A DNA stretch of 64,000 bases. It comes from an uncultured virus (IMG/VR IMGVR_UViG_2865147665_000001) (lineage: Duplodnaviria > Heunggongvirae > Uroviricota > Caudoviricetes). This document shows, one piece after another, positions 48,401-56,671 of the stretch. Each line of letters begins with the position of its first letter. The first letter of the stretch is position 1. Both the position numbers and the translations under genes were made by a program. The notes under the pieces were generated by a model. That model did no database searches. It was not told the origin of the DNA and was given only the letters and a program-made list of their open reading frames with translations. The stretch spans positions 1 to 64,000 of the IMG/VR virus record IMGVR_UViG_2865147665_000001; one strand, 5' to 3'.

Positions 48401-49620
48401 ACTGTGCGCTCGTGAAGCGTGTACCGGATGCGGAGTACGTGGCCTATGAGCATGAGGTCGCTCGCGTGCTGGCTGGCGTTGAGTCGCGGGGTATCCGCGT
48501 CGATGTCGATCTCGTTGAAGAAACGCTGGCCGACGAAGACACAGTGAAAAACGGCATCCGTGGCTGGCTCGTCAATACCGTCGGCATCCCGGATGAGGGT
48601 AAGGCCCCGTGGGCGACGAAGGCCGGTAAAGAAGCTATTCAGTCCTACCTTCAGCGTTACGGGGCCCAGCTACCGTTGACGAAGACGGGTGCGCCGACAA
48701 CGACAAAAGACGCCTTCAGTGAGCTTGCCGAGCAGCACTCTGACTCGCGTGAGGTCGTCGAAGTCTGCGAGAACATGGTGGCGCTATTGGAGACGCGCAG
48801 CCCGGCGAAGACGGTGAAGAAGTACCTGCGCAGTGATCGGGTGTTCCCGTCCATCCAGCCGTCGCAAGCCACGGGTCGGTTGAGTACGACGAAGCCGGGC
48901 ATGACGATCTTTGGCTCGCGTGGTGAGCGCTTGCTTGCGCAGCGGGCGATGATCCTGCCCGAGCCGGGCGAGCGGTTGCTGTCTGTCGACCTGTCGCAGA
49001 TTGATGCTCGCTGCATGGCGGCTGCTGCCGGTGATGAGGCCTACGCGGCGCTGTTTGCCGAAGGTCGTGATGCGCACACGGAAATGGCGGTGCGGGTGTT
49101 CGGTGATCCCGGTCGTCGCCCGGATGCGAAGGCGCTCGCGCACGCGGCGAACTACGGCATGGGAGCGAGATCCTTTGCCGCGCATGTCGGTTGCAGTGTG
49201 GCCGAAGCGGAGCGGATGCTGTCGAGCCTTCATCTCGAATTCCCTCGCCTCGAAAGTTTCAAGGAACAACTGCGCAAAGGCGCGGAGACCTCAGGGTATG
49301 TGACGACCGGTTTCGGTCGACGTGTCGCTGTTAATCGGGACAAAGCGTACACCCGAGCGCCTGCCGCTTACGGCCAAGGAACGGCTCGCGACGTATTCCT
49401 CCACGGTGTGCTTGCCATGCCCGAGGACGTGCAACGAAGGATCCGCATTTTCGTCCACGACGAGGTTGTTCTGTCGGTGCCAAAGGACCGCGTTGAGGAG
49501 GTGCGACAGTGTGTGCTCGATGCCTTCTCAAGTGTCGCCCTTCCCTCCGCCGACGGCGTGCACGTTCCAGTCCTCGCGGACAGTGCGGGGCCGGGTCGGG
49601 ATTGGAGTGAGTGCAAGTGA
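45448..49620 (+). CDS. TOPRIM primase - P-loop helicase - 3'-5' exonuclease - family A DNA polymerase fusion (1390 aa)
   Basis: VVEGTK/DAD/GIDD; NTPGTGKG/LIFDE/GNN/RR; FDLET/GHNITHFD/YARQD; TGRLS, DLSQIDAR, RPDAKALAHAANYG, VHDE. Confidence 0.9.
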   Translation: MTEEKNPAVASDGAKEADLGNASEVDATHSASSAPVQSVLDQRLSAEHFTELQTSAISDDVIEASGAYTAWERDDLPDPLRWVGDRDGALPALVFPLTEAGKGETWQAKPQPGFVTLTDGRSPKYIGPSKDSGYPTPALIERRAVDDTTRRVLVVEGTKQALAVMSASDESTAVYGLSGITSWMGGDDGPSSAFQLVGGLPVYIVADADAARNRRVYDGAAGIGELCRQWGASPVRFVRFPGSGKQGIDDVLGGIDSPAQREKMLELWVKQAEDKPAKKRPSLSSTIPTKDTSQGSDGSAKPIISTDLPDDQIWDAVDNAVYEKFAGKRLFRTDHKLVCLVHRDGRKHLIPVSNALAVDLSAQAIRIVHSTQTKSKVRALSDKDAATVFNGARVGRYPRIEGIVETPVLTPSGRVLSEPGYDEETGLLLDLSDDLDGFHVPDDPSQEEVTAARELLEEVYADFPFKTEADRTRAIGMVLTLLVRPSCETSPMHVISANTPGTGKGLLLSAVSMIAHGYGARVQKMPHHDEEMQKVLTSALLAGQTMLIFDETGEGIGSLSLAAMLTSTYYEGRILGESRHLSVKNSACVFAAGNNVAVKKDLGRRTVMVEMKTPLASPEARDDFTHPDLLVWVKDNRRALLEAAFTLIRAWIVAGEPAPAPGQPVGSFEDWYHVVGGVLEHAGRRDLMFGVREQRAQHNESELEDLAHLHWVSVNFDEPFRAYDVECKIRETQGFIPLPSDIQTLDEVTAQRLGRVYTKLQDRNLAGFVVKMAGMVNHTKRFKVTYLGPDGNGGGPGGLNDPDGGSPTPPPAPGGSAVDADNTGASTVVFDLETASADGLHTTDDPAWVRLAAYQVDGGEIRTTTDIAGELLPVLRNAGTIVGHNITHFDLPALERLYGFAPSPEQRVEDTLVLARLVDPPTTGKKYHLDAVATRLGLGGKLLADGDTALKALASQHGGFDQIPVDDPQYVAYARQDVRATADVHCALVKRVPDAEYVAYEHEVARVLAGVESRGIRVDVDLVEETLADEDTVKNGIRGWLVNTVGIPDEGKAPWATKAGKEAIQSYLQRYGAQLPLTKTGAPTTTKDAFSELAEQHSDSREVVEVCENMVALLETRSPAKTVKKYLRSDRVFPSIQPSQATGRLSTTKPGMTIFGSRGERLLAQRAMILPEPGERLLSVDLSQIDARCMAAAAGDEAYAALFAEGRDAHTEMAVRVFGDPGRRPDAKALAHAANYGMGARSFAAHVGCSVAEAERMLSSLHLEFPRLESFKEQLRKGAETSGYVTTGFGRRVAVNRDKAYTRAPAAYGQGTARDVFLHGVLAMPEDVQRRIRIFVHDEVVLSVPKDRVEEVRQCVLDAFSSVALPSADGVHVPVLADSAGPGRDWSECK

Positions 49621-49695
49621 GCGTCCAATTTGGCACACGCGGCCCCCCAGTGTTCGTGGCCACGTCCGTTAAGCACACAACCTAAGGAGATAGTG

Positions 49696-50061
49696 ATGAG
49701 TTCTCAAGATCACTTCCTCGTCCACCTCGCGGGTGCTATCGCTTCTGCCGATTGGCCTAGTCCGGAGAAGGTGGTTGCGGCCCAACAGGCCATCAAGGAG
49801 ATGAAGGCAGTCCGGCCTGCCCCCGTCTATGACGATGCGGAATTTCAGGCTGCGTGCGTGGACCTGGATTCCGTGACGCGCGATCTCAACGTGGCGCGGC
49901 TCGCGCGCGTGCGGCGAGAACAAGAGGGCAAAGAACAAAAGCGTAAACGTCGACGCGCACAACAGCGTCAGCGCGCACAACAACATCGGCCGGTGCCGTC
50001 GCGGTCCTGGTCGGAACAGACAAAGCAATCGGCTCATGATGAGCCAGAAATGGGGTTTTAA
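49696..50061 (+). CDS. Hypothetical protein with basic coiled-coil tail
   Basis: AAGGAG RBS. Confidence 0.65.
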   Translation: MSSQDHFLVHLAGAIASADWPSPEKVVAAQQAIKEMKAVRPAPVYDDAEFQAACVDLDSVTRDLNVARLARVRREQEGKEQKRKRRRAQQRQRAQQHRPVPSRSWSEQTKQSAHDEPEMGF

Positions 50062-50063
50062 TC

Positions 50064-50420
50064 GTGGCAACGAAGAAGCAGCTTGATCGTGCAATTGCTC
50101 GGGCCGAGCGTGTCCAGGAGCAGGTGCTGAAACTGCAGGCTGAAGCCGAGGAGGCCGCTCGTGAAGCGGATCGTGTGCTCGGTAGTGCCGTGCGTCAGGC
50201 AGTCACCGAGTCACGGTCGAAGTGGGCGAAGTTTGCTCACGTGTCAGTGTCCGAATTCTACCGCCACGTCGTCGACGACGTGGACATCGACGACGTGGCA
50301 AATGTAGACGATGCGGCCACGGACGCTGTCCCCGCCGACGGTCACCACTTGCCGCACGACTTTGTCGATAGCGACGGCGGTGGTGGCACCGGCTATGTCG
50401 GCGGGAGCCAGGGGTTCTAG
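50064..50420 (+). CDS. Coiled-coil protein, possible mobilization accessory
   Basis: Coupled to the previous gene; precedes candidate oriT. Confidence 0.6.
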   Translation: MATKKQLDRAIARAERVQEQVLKLQAEAEEAAREADRVLGSAVRQAVTESRSKWAKFAHVSVSEFYRHVVDDVDIDDVANVDDAATDAVPADGHHLPHDFVDSDGGGGTGYVGGSQGF

Positions 50421-50429
50421 GGGGCGGCA

Positions 50430-50600
50430 GCGCCCTTAGCCAGCTCACCCGGCAGACGAGGCCCCCAGGGCCGAATGTCTGACAAGGGTGATGCTGGCCC
50501 CACATCCTGACTGGTCTGCGAGGTGCCAATGCGAAGCGAGGCATACCGATGGCAGAACAGTCAGGATGTGGCAGGTGGGCGTAAGCCCACAGGGCGGGCT
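50430..50600. promoter_or_regulatory. Candidate oriT
   Basis: 14-bp perfect IR ccacatcctgactg (50500-50513)/cagtcaggatgtgg (50558-50571) containing the MOB_P-like CATCCTG; upstream of mobC. Confidence 0.55.
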
Positions 50601-50620
50601 GGCGTGAGGAGTGATGAAGC

Positions 50621-50998
50621 ATGAATAACGGACGACGAATGACAGTGCGCCTCGGCGACTCCGAGGACGAGGTGGTGCGCAGCACCGCGTCGGCTCTCGG
50701 CGTCACCGATAGCGAGGTTGTACGACTGGCGATCATTGCGATGGCGGATAGGTTGCCTGTCGGTGTAGGTGAGCAAGTGGCGGCTCCTCCGGTGCCGCCT
50801 GAAGTGGTGGAGTTGCGCGAAGCGCTCGACCGCTTGGTCGCTGAGGTGTGCCGCGTCGGCGTGAACATCAACCAGATAGTTCGTATCTGTCACGTGAATG
50901 GGTGGTCTGACGACGAACTGCCGGGGCTTCTTGGTGTCCCCGGTGTGATCGACGATCTCGTAGGCCACGTGCGGGAGGCAGTGGATCGTGTCTGTTAG
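50621..50998 (+). CDS. mobC: MobC relaxosome accessory protein
   Basis: RHH N-terminus; RVGVNINQIVR. Confidence 0.88.
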   Translation: MNNGRRMTVRLGDSEDEVVRSTASALGVTDSEVVRLAIIAMADRLPVGVGEQVAAPPVPPEVVELREALDRLVAEVCRVGVNINQIVRICHVNGWSDDELPGLLGVPGVIDDLVGHVREAVDRVC

Positions 50999-52463
50999 CA
51001 AGGTTCAGCGCTCGAGGGATGCTGCCGCTGCCGTGATCTACGCCGTCTACGGAACGAAGAAGGCTATGAAGGCTGGCTCGGTGCGTGCTGCTGCTGTCTC
51101 CGTTGTCGGTCCACGCGGAAGTAACCCCGTGGTGTGGGTGATGGAAACTCGGTCGCGAGTTCAGGAGTCGGTGCAGCGCCGTAACGAGACGATCAACATC
51201 ATCCAGTCGTTTAGTCCCGACGAACTAGACCCTGACAACCCCTTGGACGTGGAGAAGGCGCATGCGGCGGGCCTCGCCTTGGCCGCGAAGATGGCTCCTG
51301 ATTGCGACGTGGTCGTCGCTACTCATACCGATACCGCACATGTTCACAACCACATCATTGTTGCCAACCATGATCGTGGAACTGGGAGGGCCGCGCCGAA
51401 GGCGGTAGGCAACGCGTGGCGTGTCCGCGAGACCAACGACGACGTGATGGAGGTCTTCGGTTTGAAGGTGCTTGGTCGTGATCCGGTGTCGTTGTCGCGC
51501 GACGAGCGGGTGGCGCAGGCGAAGGGCGTTGACATTGACGGTTCAGACTTGTCGCTGTCGGAGTTGACACGCGAGACCTGGCGTGAGTTTGCCCGTGCTC
51601 GCATCGAAGAGTTGTTAGAAGACGACCGCGTAATCGCTGCCCTCGACATCGACGGCGGTGGTGGTGTGGAGCCTGGCTTGGAAGTGATGGAAGAGATCGC
51701 CTTCGAGTATCACCTGTCCTTCTCACGCAAGGGGCGGGGCAAGCGCACGCGCAAGAGCGAGCGGTCGTCGTTCGCATTGGTCGGCGACGACGGCAAGGAG
51801 CTGCGCTTGACCGATCGCAACGGCAAGGGCAGCTCTAAGGCGGCTACTGCCGGGTCTCGACTCGGCTCTGACTACACGATGGATGGGCTTCGCGCTCGGC
51901 TACATGAAATACACGCAGAACGACTGATTGATGGAATGGAGATTGACAACAATGGTGGACAACAAACGACGGCAACGGACGGACAGCACGGAGTTGCTGA
52001 ACAAGTTGGCCTCGCAGCTGACGGCGCTAACGAAACAAGTCGAGGACGTGAAGGCTCTGCCGGTCGGGATGCCCGAGGACGTGGAGCTGCACTTGGCGAG
52101 TTATCAGAAGCAACTGACGGACTTGAACAAGCGCATGGAGTCCTTGCAGCGTTCAACAGTGGGGACGAAGGAATACGAGACGGCGATGGCTCAAGCGACG
52201 GCCTCGATGAAGTCGATGGCGGAGATCGCGGCCGCGCTGCCGGTGGCGATTCAGCGCCAGCACGAGGGACTGCAGAAGTCGGTGACCGGGATCGTGGCGC
52301 CGCTAACGTCGATGGGCGACTTGCTGAAGACCGTGCTCGAACTCGTCGAAGGGCCGCTGAGTCTCAGCGACGACGCAGTGGAGAGGCTGAGCGTCAGCGT
52401 CGAGAAGCGCTTGAGTCCGATGGTCCTCGACCACCTGAAGGCGACTATGGACCGGACTTTTAG
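50988..52463 (+). CDS. Relaxase (MOB_P-like)
   Basis: N-terminal Tyr, IIQSFSPDE, HTDTAHVHNHIIVAN. Confidence 0.9.
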   Translation: MSVSKVQRSRDAAAAVIYAVYGTKKAMKAGSVRAAAVSVVGPRGSNPVVWVMETRSRVQESVQRRNETINIIQSFSPDELDPDNPLDVEKAHAAGLALAAKMAPDCDVVVATHTDTAHVHNHIIVANHDRGTGRAAPKAVGNAWRVRETNDDVMEVFGLKVLGRDPVSLSRDERVAQAKGVDIDGSDLSLSELTRETWREFARARIEELLEDDRVIAALDIDGGGGVEPGLEVMEEIAFEYHLSFSRKGRGKRTRKSERSSFALVGDDGKELRLTDRNGKGSSKAATAGSRLGSDYTMDGLRARLHEIHAERLIDGMEIDNNGGQQTTATDGQHGVAEQVGLAADGANETSRGREGSAGRDARGRGAALGELSEATDGLEQAHGVLAAFNSGDEGIRDGDGSSDGLDEVDGGDRGRAAGGDSAPARGTAEVGDRDRGAANVDGRLAEDRARTRRRAAESQRRRSGEAERQRREALESDGPRPPEGDYGPDF

Positions 52464-52890
52464 TCGCTATGAGCGGTCGTTCAAGAAGATGGTGGACGAT
52501 GGTGTCGAGGGAGTCGCCCGTGAGCGTAAGCGGTTGGAGACTGCCACCGCTCACACGGTGACGGAGGTGGATCGTCTCGATGAGCGTTTGGAAGATCGCA
52601 CGGTTAGCGTGGTGTCGATTGTGCTGCTCGTGACTGTGCTGGGTGTCGGTGTGATCGTGGTTGCGGGCGGTCTCTGGATGGGTGCATCACTGCTCGGTAT
52701 CCCTGCGGCTGTGCCGGAGATGTGGTCACGTGCATGGGCTGCTGACACGTGGTGGTCAGGTGTGGGCTGGGCACTCGGTGCCGTGGTACTCATGTGCGTG
52801 ACCATCGCAGCCATTGCTGCGGCTGCTGTGTGGATGGGAAGGCGCTGGCCCGTGGAGGACTACAAGGCGTTGTTGAGGCGTAATCGATAG
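51952..52890 (+). CDS. Overlapping coiled-coil + TM protein (MobB-like)
   Basis: GGAG RBS inside the relaxase gene; helical, two C-terminal TMs. Confidence 0.65.
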   Translation: MVDNKRRQRTDSTELLNKLASQLTALTKQVEDVKALPVGMPEDVELHLASYQKQLTDLNKRMESLQRSTVGTKEYETAMAQATASMKSMAEIAAALPVAIQRQHEGLQKSVTGIVAPLTSMGDLLKTVLELVEGPLSLSDDAVERLSVSVEKRLSPMVLDHLKATMDRTFSRYERSFKKMVDDGVEGVARERKRLETATAHTVTEVDRLDERLEDRTVSVVSIVLLVTVLGVGVIVVAGGLWMGASLLGIPAAVPEMWSRAWAADTWWSGVGWALGAVVLMCVTIAAIAAAAVWMGRRWPVEDYKALLRRNR

Positions 52891-52901
52891 GTGCCATCAT
52901 C

Positions 52902-53468
52902 CTATTCTTTGACCTCATGCAGCGCGCGATAGATGGTTTGCCGCGAGACGTTGAAGGTGCGTGCCACCGATGCGACGCTCTCGCCGCTGTCGACCAACTT
53001 CGCGGCCTGCTGCTTCTGTTCCATGCTCAACTTCGGCTTCGGTCCTGCCACTCGGCCTTCAGCCCGGGCATGGGCCACACCTTCACGGGTGCGTTGGACG
53101 AGAAGGTCCCGCTCCCACTCGGCCAGGCTCGCCATAACGTTGACTACTACCTTGTCGGCTGGTCGGCTGGTGTCGAGTGCAGGCTCCAGGACGCGGACGT
53201 TGATGTCCCTCTCAGCGAGGTCAGCGATGGTGTTGACAGTTTCGGCGAGGTTACGGCCCAGGCGATCGAGACGGGTGACCACCAGGGTGTCATCAGAGCG
53301 CATGTAGGCCAATGCGTCGTCGAGACCGGGGCGGTTCCAGTTGGTGCCGGAGATAACGTCCTCGTAAATGCGTTTAGGGTCACAGCCCGCGTTAACGAGC
53401 GCTTCACGTTGGGTGTCGAGTGACTGGCCCTGGCGGGCTGTTGAGACGCGGGCATATCCAATAAGCAT
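52902..53468 (-). CDS. Resolvase/invertase (small serine recombinase)
   Basis: IGYARVST, VTRLDRLGR, C-terminal HTH. Confidence 0.95.
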   Translation of the reverse strand: MLIGYARVSTARQGQSLDTQREALVNAGCDPKRIYEDVISGTNWNRPGLDDALAYMRSDDTLVVTRLDRLGRNLAETVNTIADLAERDINVRVLEPALDTSRPADKVVVNVMASLAEWERDLLVQRTREGVAHARAEGRVAGPKPKLSMEQKQQAAKLVDSGESVASVARTFNVSRQTIYRALHEVKE

Positions 53469-53470
53469 GT

Positions 53471-56400
53471 TTACTCACCTGTCAGCTCTTCCTCGGTCAC
53501 CGTGAGGTCAGCAGGCAGCACGCCATCGATGATGTAGGTGCGCAGGAGCTTGTCCAGCATCGCACGAACCTTGAACTTCGACACTGGTGCGCCAGTGACC
53601 TCGGTGAAGTAGGCGGTAGCCAAGTCGAGGTCAATGGATGCCTTGAGGTCATCGAAACGCCCGTACTCGTTGATGGTTGCTGCCGTAACACGGCTGTCGA
53701 GTATTCGGCGCAATAGTCCCGTATCCAGCCCCAGTCGCTCATGAAGACGTGCCAGCTGCCGGTCACGCTCGGTGATGCGGTACTCGTTGATGTAGTCCTG
53801 CACTGTCTTGCCCGGTTGCAGGGCCACGTCGCCTGCCTGGAGATCATGCAGCCAACGGTTAGCGTAGCGCTGGTCGTCTTGGCTTAGGCGGGCGAAACTA
53901 TCATGTAGCTGCTCCAGCAGATCATCGAGCATGTGCTCTGCCACGCCGTCCTGGAGTGCCTTGAGGTACTTCTCAAACTTGCTGTTGAGGTACTCGGCAT
54001 CGATGCGGTCGGTGTCGATGTGCGTGATGTGCACGTCAATATCGAAGGGCGCGTCATCTGCCCCACCGGGTGGGTCAGTTGGATCGCCTCCCTCCTTGCC
54101 AAGTTCCTTGTAACGGGTGAGCAATGTGGTGAAGACGTCCTCGGTGAGCGTTACCACGATAGGTTCAGGGAGTGCATCGAAGTAGTAGGTGTCCTTCTCC
54201 CAGGTAAAGCCCTGCACCTGTGCTGCCTGGAGTTCGCGGTACATCCGATTGAAGGTCTTGGCGAACTCGCCCTGGTCAGCCTCAGAATCGGGCAGCTTCG
54301 AGAAGTCCGTCTGGCCGGTCGCCGGGTCAGTGAACAGCACTGTAATGATCTCAAAACATTCATTGATGGCCTTAAGGTGCTCGTCGAGGTGGTCCACGAA
54401 CAGGCCGAAAGGCTTGTCACCTGAATACAGCTTCACCGCACGGTCGATGTTGTTCTTCATCGTGTGTGGCTTGCGGTAGTAGCGGATGGAACCGAACGGC
54501 TTTTCCGGGCCGAAGATGCGGTTGGTGCGTGAAAAGGCCTGGATAATGGACTCGTATTCGATAACCTTGTCCATGTAGAGGGTGCTGAGCCACTTGGAGT
54601 CGAAGCCGGTGAGCATCTGGTCCACCACGATGAGTAGGTCAATGTGCTGGCTACGGTCATCGAGGAAGGCCTTGGTGTTGTAGGGCGCCTTGTGGGCCAG
54701 GCGCTTGGAAACATCCTTCTTAAACTCATCGTGAGTCGGCATGGTGAAGTGCTGGCCATAGGCAGCGTTGTAGTCGCGGAGAATCTCCAGCAAACCGTCT
54801 TCCTTGAACAGCTGACTGTCACCAGTGTTGTCGATATTAGGATCAAACAGCGCCGTGACCTTAATGTGCGGGTACTGCGCCTTGAAGATGCGGTAGTACT
54901 CCACTGCTTCAGGGATGCTGGAGGTCGCCAGGATGGCATGGAACATACTGCCCCGACTCAACTGTGCCCAGTGCTCGTTAATGTCGCGGGCAACCGCCTG
55001 GCGGTGGTTGTCTTGACGGTACTGAGTGATAGGCAGGTAGTCTTCGATACCCTTGGCGACACGCTTGGTACCACTGTCGGTGTCTGTCTCATAGACGCTG
55101 GCCATCGGGACCTGGTCCTTGTCCATAAACTTGTAGTAGACAGCCGCCTTCTTGGGGTCCGCCAGAGCCTCGTCCACGGACGTGGCCTTGGCCTCCTGGA
55201 GAGCAACCACAGTGCGCACATCATGCGCCCGGAAGGTTTCCACCATCTCCGGGTCGAAGCCGAGGACGTTACCGTCGCGAATACCGTCGGCAATTGAATA
55301 GCGGTGCAGCTCATTGCCAAACAGCGTGGTCGTGGTGGAGTGCTTCTTCTGGTTCTCGTCGTGGATGGGCGTGCCGGTGAACCCAAAGAACAGCGCGTTC
55401 GGCAAAGTGCGCTTAATGGTCGCGAGCATGTCACCAAAGGTGGTGCGGTGTGCCTCATCGACGATGAACACCACACGCTTGGAGCGGATGATGTCCAGGT
55501 CGGCTTTCTTGACGGAATCAGCATTAACCCTGCTCATCTTGTGCAGGGAGGTCACGATGAGGGTGGAGTGCTTGTTCTTGAGCAACGTTATCAACGTGGC
55601 AGCACTGGAGGTATCTTCCACGGCGATGCTGTCGCCACCGTAGCTTTCGTAGTTCTCCAACGACTGCGTGCCCAGCTCCACACGGTCGAGGAGGAACACT
55701 ACCTTGTCGGCGTTGTGGGAGTCTGCGATAAGCTGCGCGGTCTTGAAGCTGGTAATCGTCTTGCCAGAGCCGGTGGTGTGCCAGATGTAGCCACCGAGTT
55801 GGTCACCACTGTCCCAGTCGTGACGGTCCACACGGTCAGCGATACGAGAGGCTGCGTAGTACTGGTAGGAACGCATGGCCAACAGGTTGCCAGAGGCCCG
55901 GTCGGCGACAGTGTAGAAACCAATGAGCTGGTGCGCCATCGGAATAGACAGTAGTGCTCGTGCCACATCGTCCCACTGGTTGACCGGCTCGTTGTTGAAA
56001 TCCGCCCAGTGGAAGAAGTAGTCCGGGTTGAACTTAGCTGACCCTGGGTTGGCGAAGTAGAGTGTTTCCTCCGGGGTCATCGCCACAAAGATTTGCACCA
56101 GAGAGAAGATGCCCTGGTAGACGCCCTCGTGGGCGTACTTGGCTACCTGGTTGGCGCCTTGCGAGACAGGCACGCCTGAGCGCTTGAGTTCGATGTGGAA
56201 GACCGGCATACCGTTGATGAGCAGCATCAGGTCGCCGCGTCGTTTCGGCAGCAGCTCATCAGCGGTCTTGAAACGAGGCTGGACGGCAATCTGGTAGCGC
56301 GACTGGCCACCGGCAATCTCCAGGCGGTCATATATTTTCAGGCTGACTTCCACGCCGAAGTTGTGGGCCTGCGGCGCATCACGGGTGATGGTGACTGTGC

Positions 56401-56662
56401 GACCGTTGATGAACTCGTTGAGAGCCAACGGCGTGCGCAGCACGTTGATCTGCTCGATGATTTGCGCCATCTCGCCCTCGGTGAGTGGCACATCGCCCAG
56501 CAGGTCACGGCCCCGGTTGTTGGCGTAGAGAATGTTGGCCCAGTTGTCGATGAGCTGTTGTTCCGTCGGGTAGCGCAGTAGCTCATCGCTCCAACCGTGG
56601 CGGGTGAGCAGGTCGATGAGCGCCGCCTCGAACTCAGCCTCGCAGCGAAATGATGTGGTCAT
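53471..56662 (-). CDS. hsdR: Type I restriction endonuclease subunit R
   Basis: HIELKR, HTTGSGKT, DEAHR, FTGTP, QAFSRTNR. Confidence 0.96.
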   Translation of the reverse strand: MTTSFRCEAEFEAALIDLLTRHGWSDELLRYPTEQQLIDNWANILYANNRGRDLLGDVPLTEGEMAQIIEQINVLRTPLALNEFINGRTVTITRDAPQAHNFGVEVSLKIYDRLEIAGGQSRYQIAVQPRFKTADELLPKRRGDLMLLINGMPVFHIELKRSGVPVSQGANQVAKYAHEGVYQGIFSLVQIFVAMTPEETLYFANPGSAKFNPDYFFHWADFNNEPVNQWDDVARALLSIPMAHQLIGFYTVADRASGNLLAMRSYQYYAASRIADRVDRHDWDSGDQLGGYIWHTTGSGKTITSFKTAQLIADSHNADKVVFLLDRVELGTQSLENYESYGGDSIAVEDTSSAATLITLLKNKHSTLIVTSLHKMSRVNADSVKKADLDIIRSKRVVFIVDEAHRTTFGDMLATIKRTLPNALFFGFTGTPIHDENQKKHSTTTTLFGNELHRYSIADGIRDGNVLGFDPEMVETFRAHDVRTVVALQEAKATSVDEALADPKKAAVYYKFMDKDQVPMASVYETDTDSGTKRVAKGIEDYLPITQYRQDNHRQAVARDINEHWAQLSRGSMFHAILATSSIPEAVEYYRIFKAQYPHIKVTALFDPNIDNTGDSQLFKEDGLLEILRDYNAAYGQHFTMPTHDEFKKDVSKRLAHKAPYNTKAFLDDRSQHIDLLIVVDQMLTGFDSKWLSTLYMDKVIEYESIIQAFSRTNRIFGPEKPFGSIRYYRKPHTMKNNIDRAVKLYSGDKPFGLFVDHLDEHLKAINECFEIITVLFTDPATGQTDFSKLPDSEADQGEFAKTFNRMYRELQAAQVQGFTWEKDTYYFDALPEPIVVTLTEDVFTTLLTRYKELGKEGGDPTDPPGGADDAPFDIDVHITHIDTDRIDAEYLNSKFEKYLKALQDGVAEHMLDDLLEQLHDSFARLSQDDQRYANRWLHDLQAGDVALQPGKTVQDYINEYRITERDRQLARLHERLGLDTGLLRRILDSRVTAATINEYGRFDDLKASIDLDLATAYFTEVTGAPVSKFKVRAMLDKLLRTYIIDGVLPADLTVTEEELTGE

Positions 56663-56671
56663 GACAGCTCC

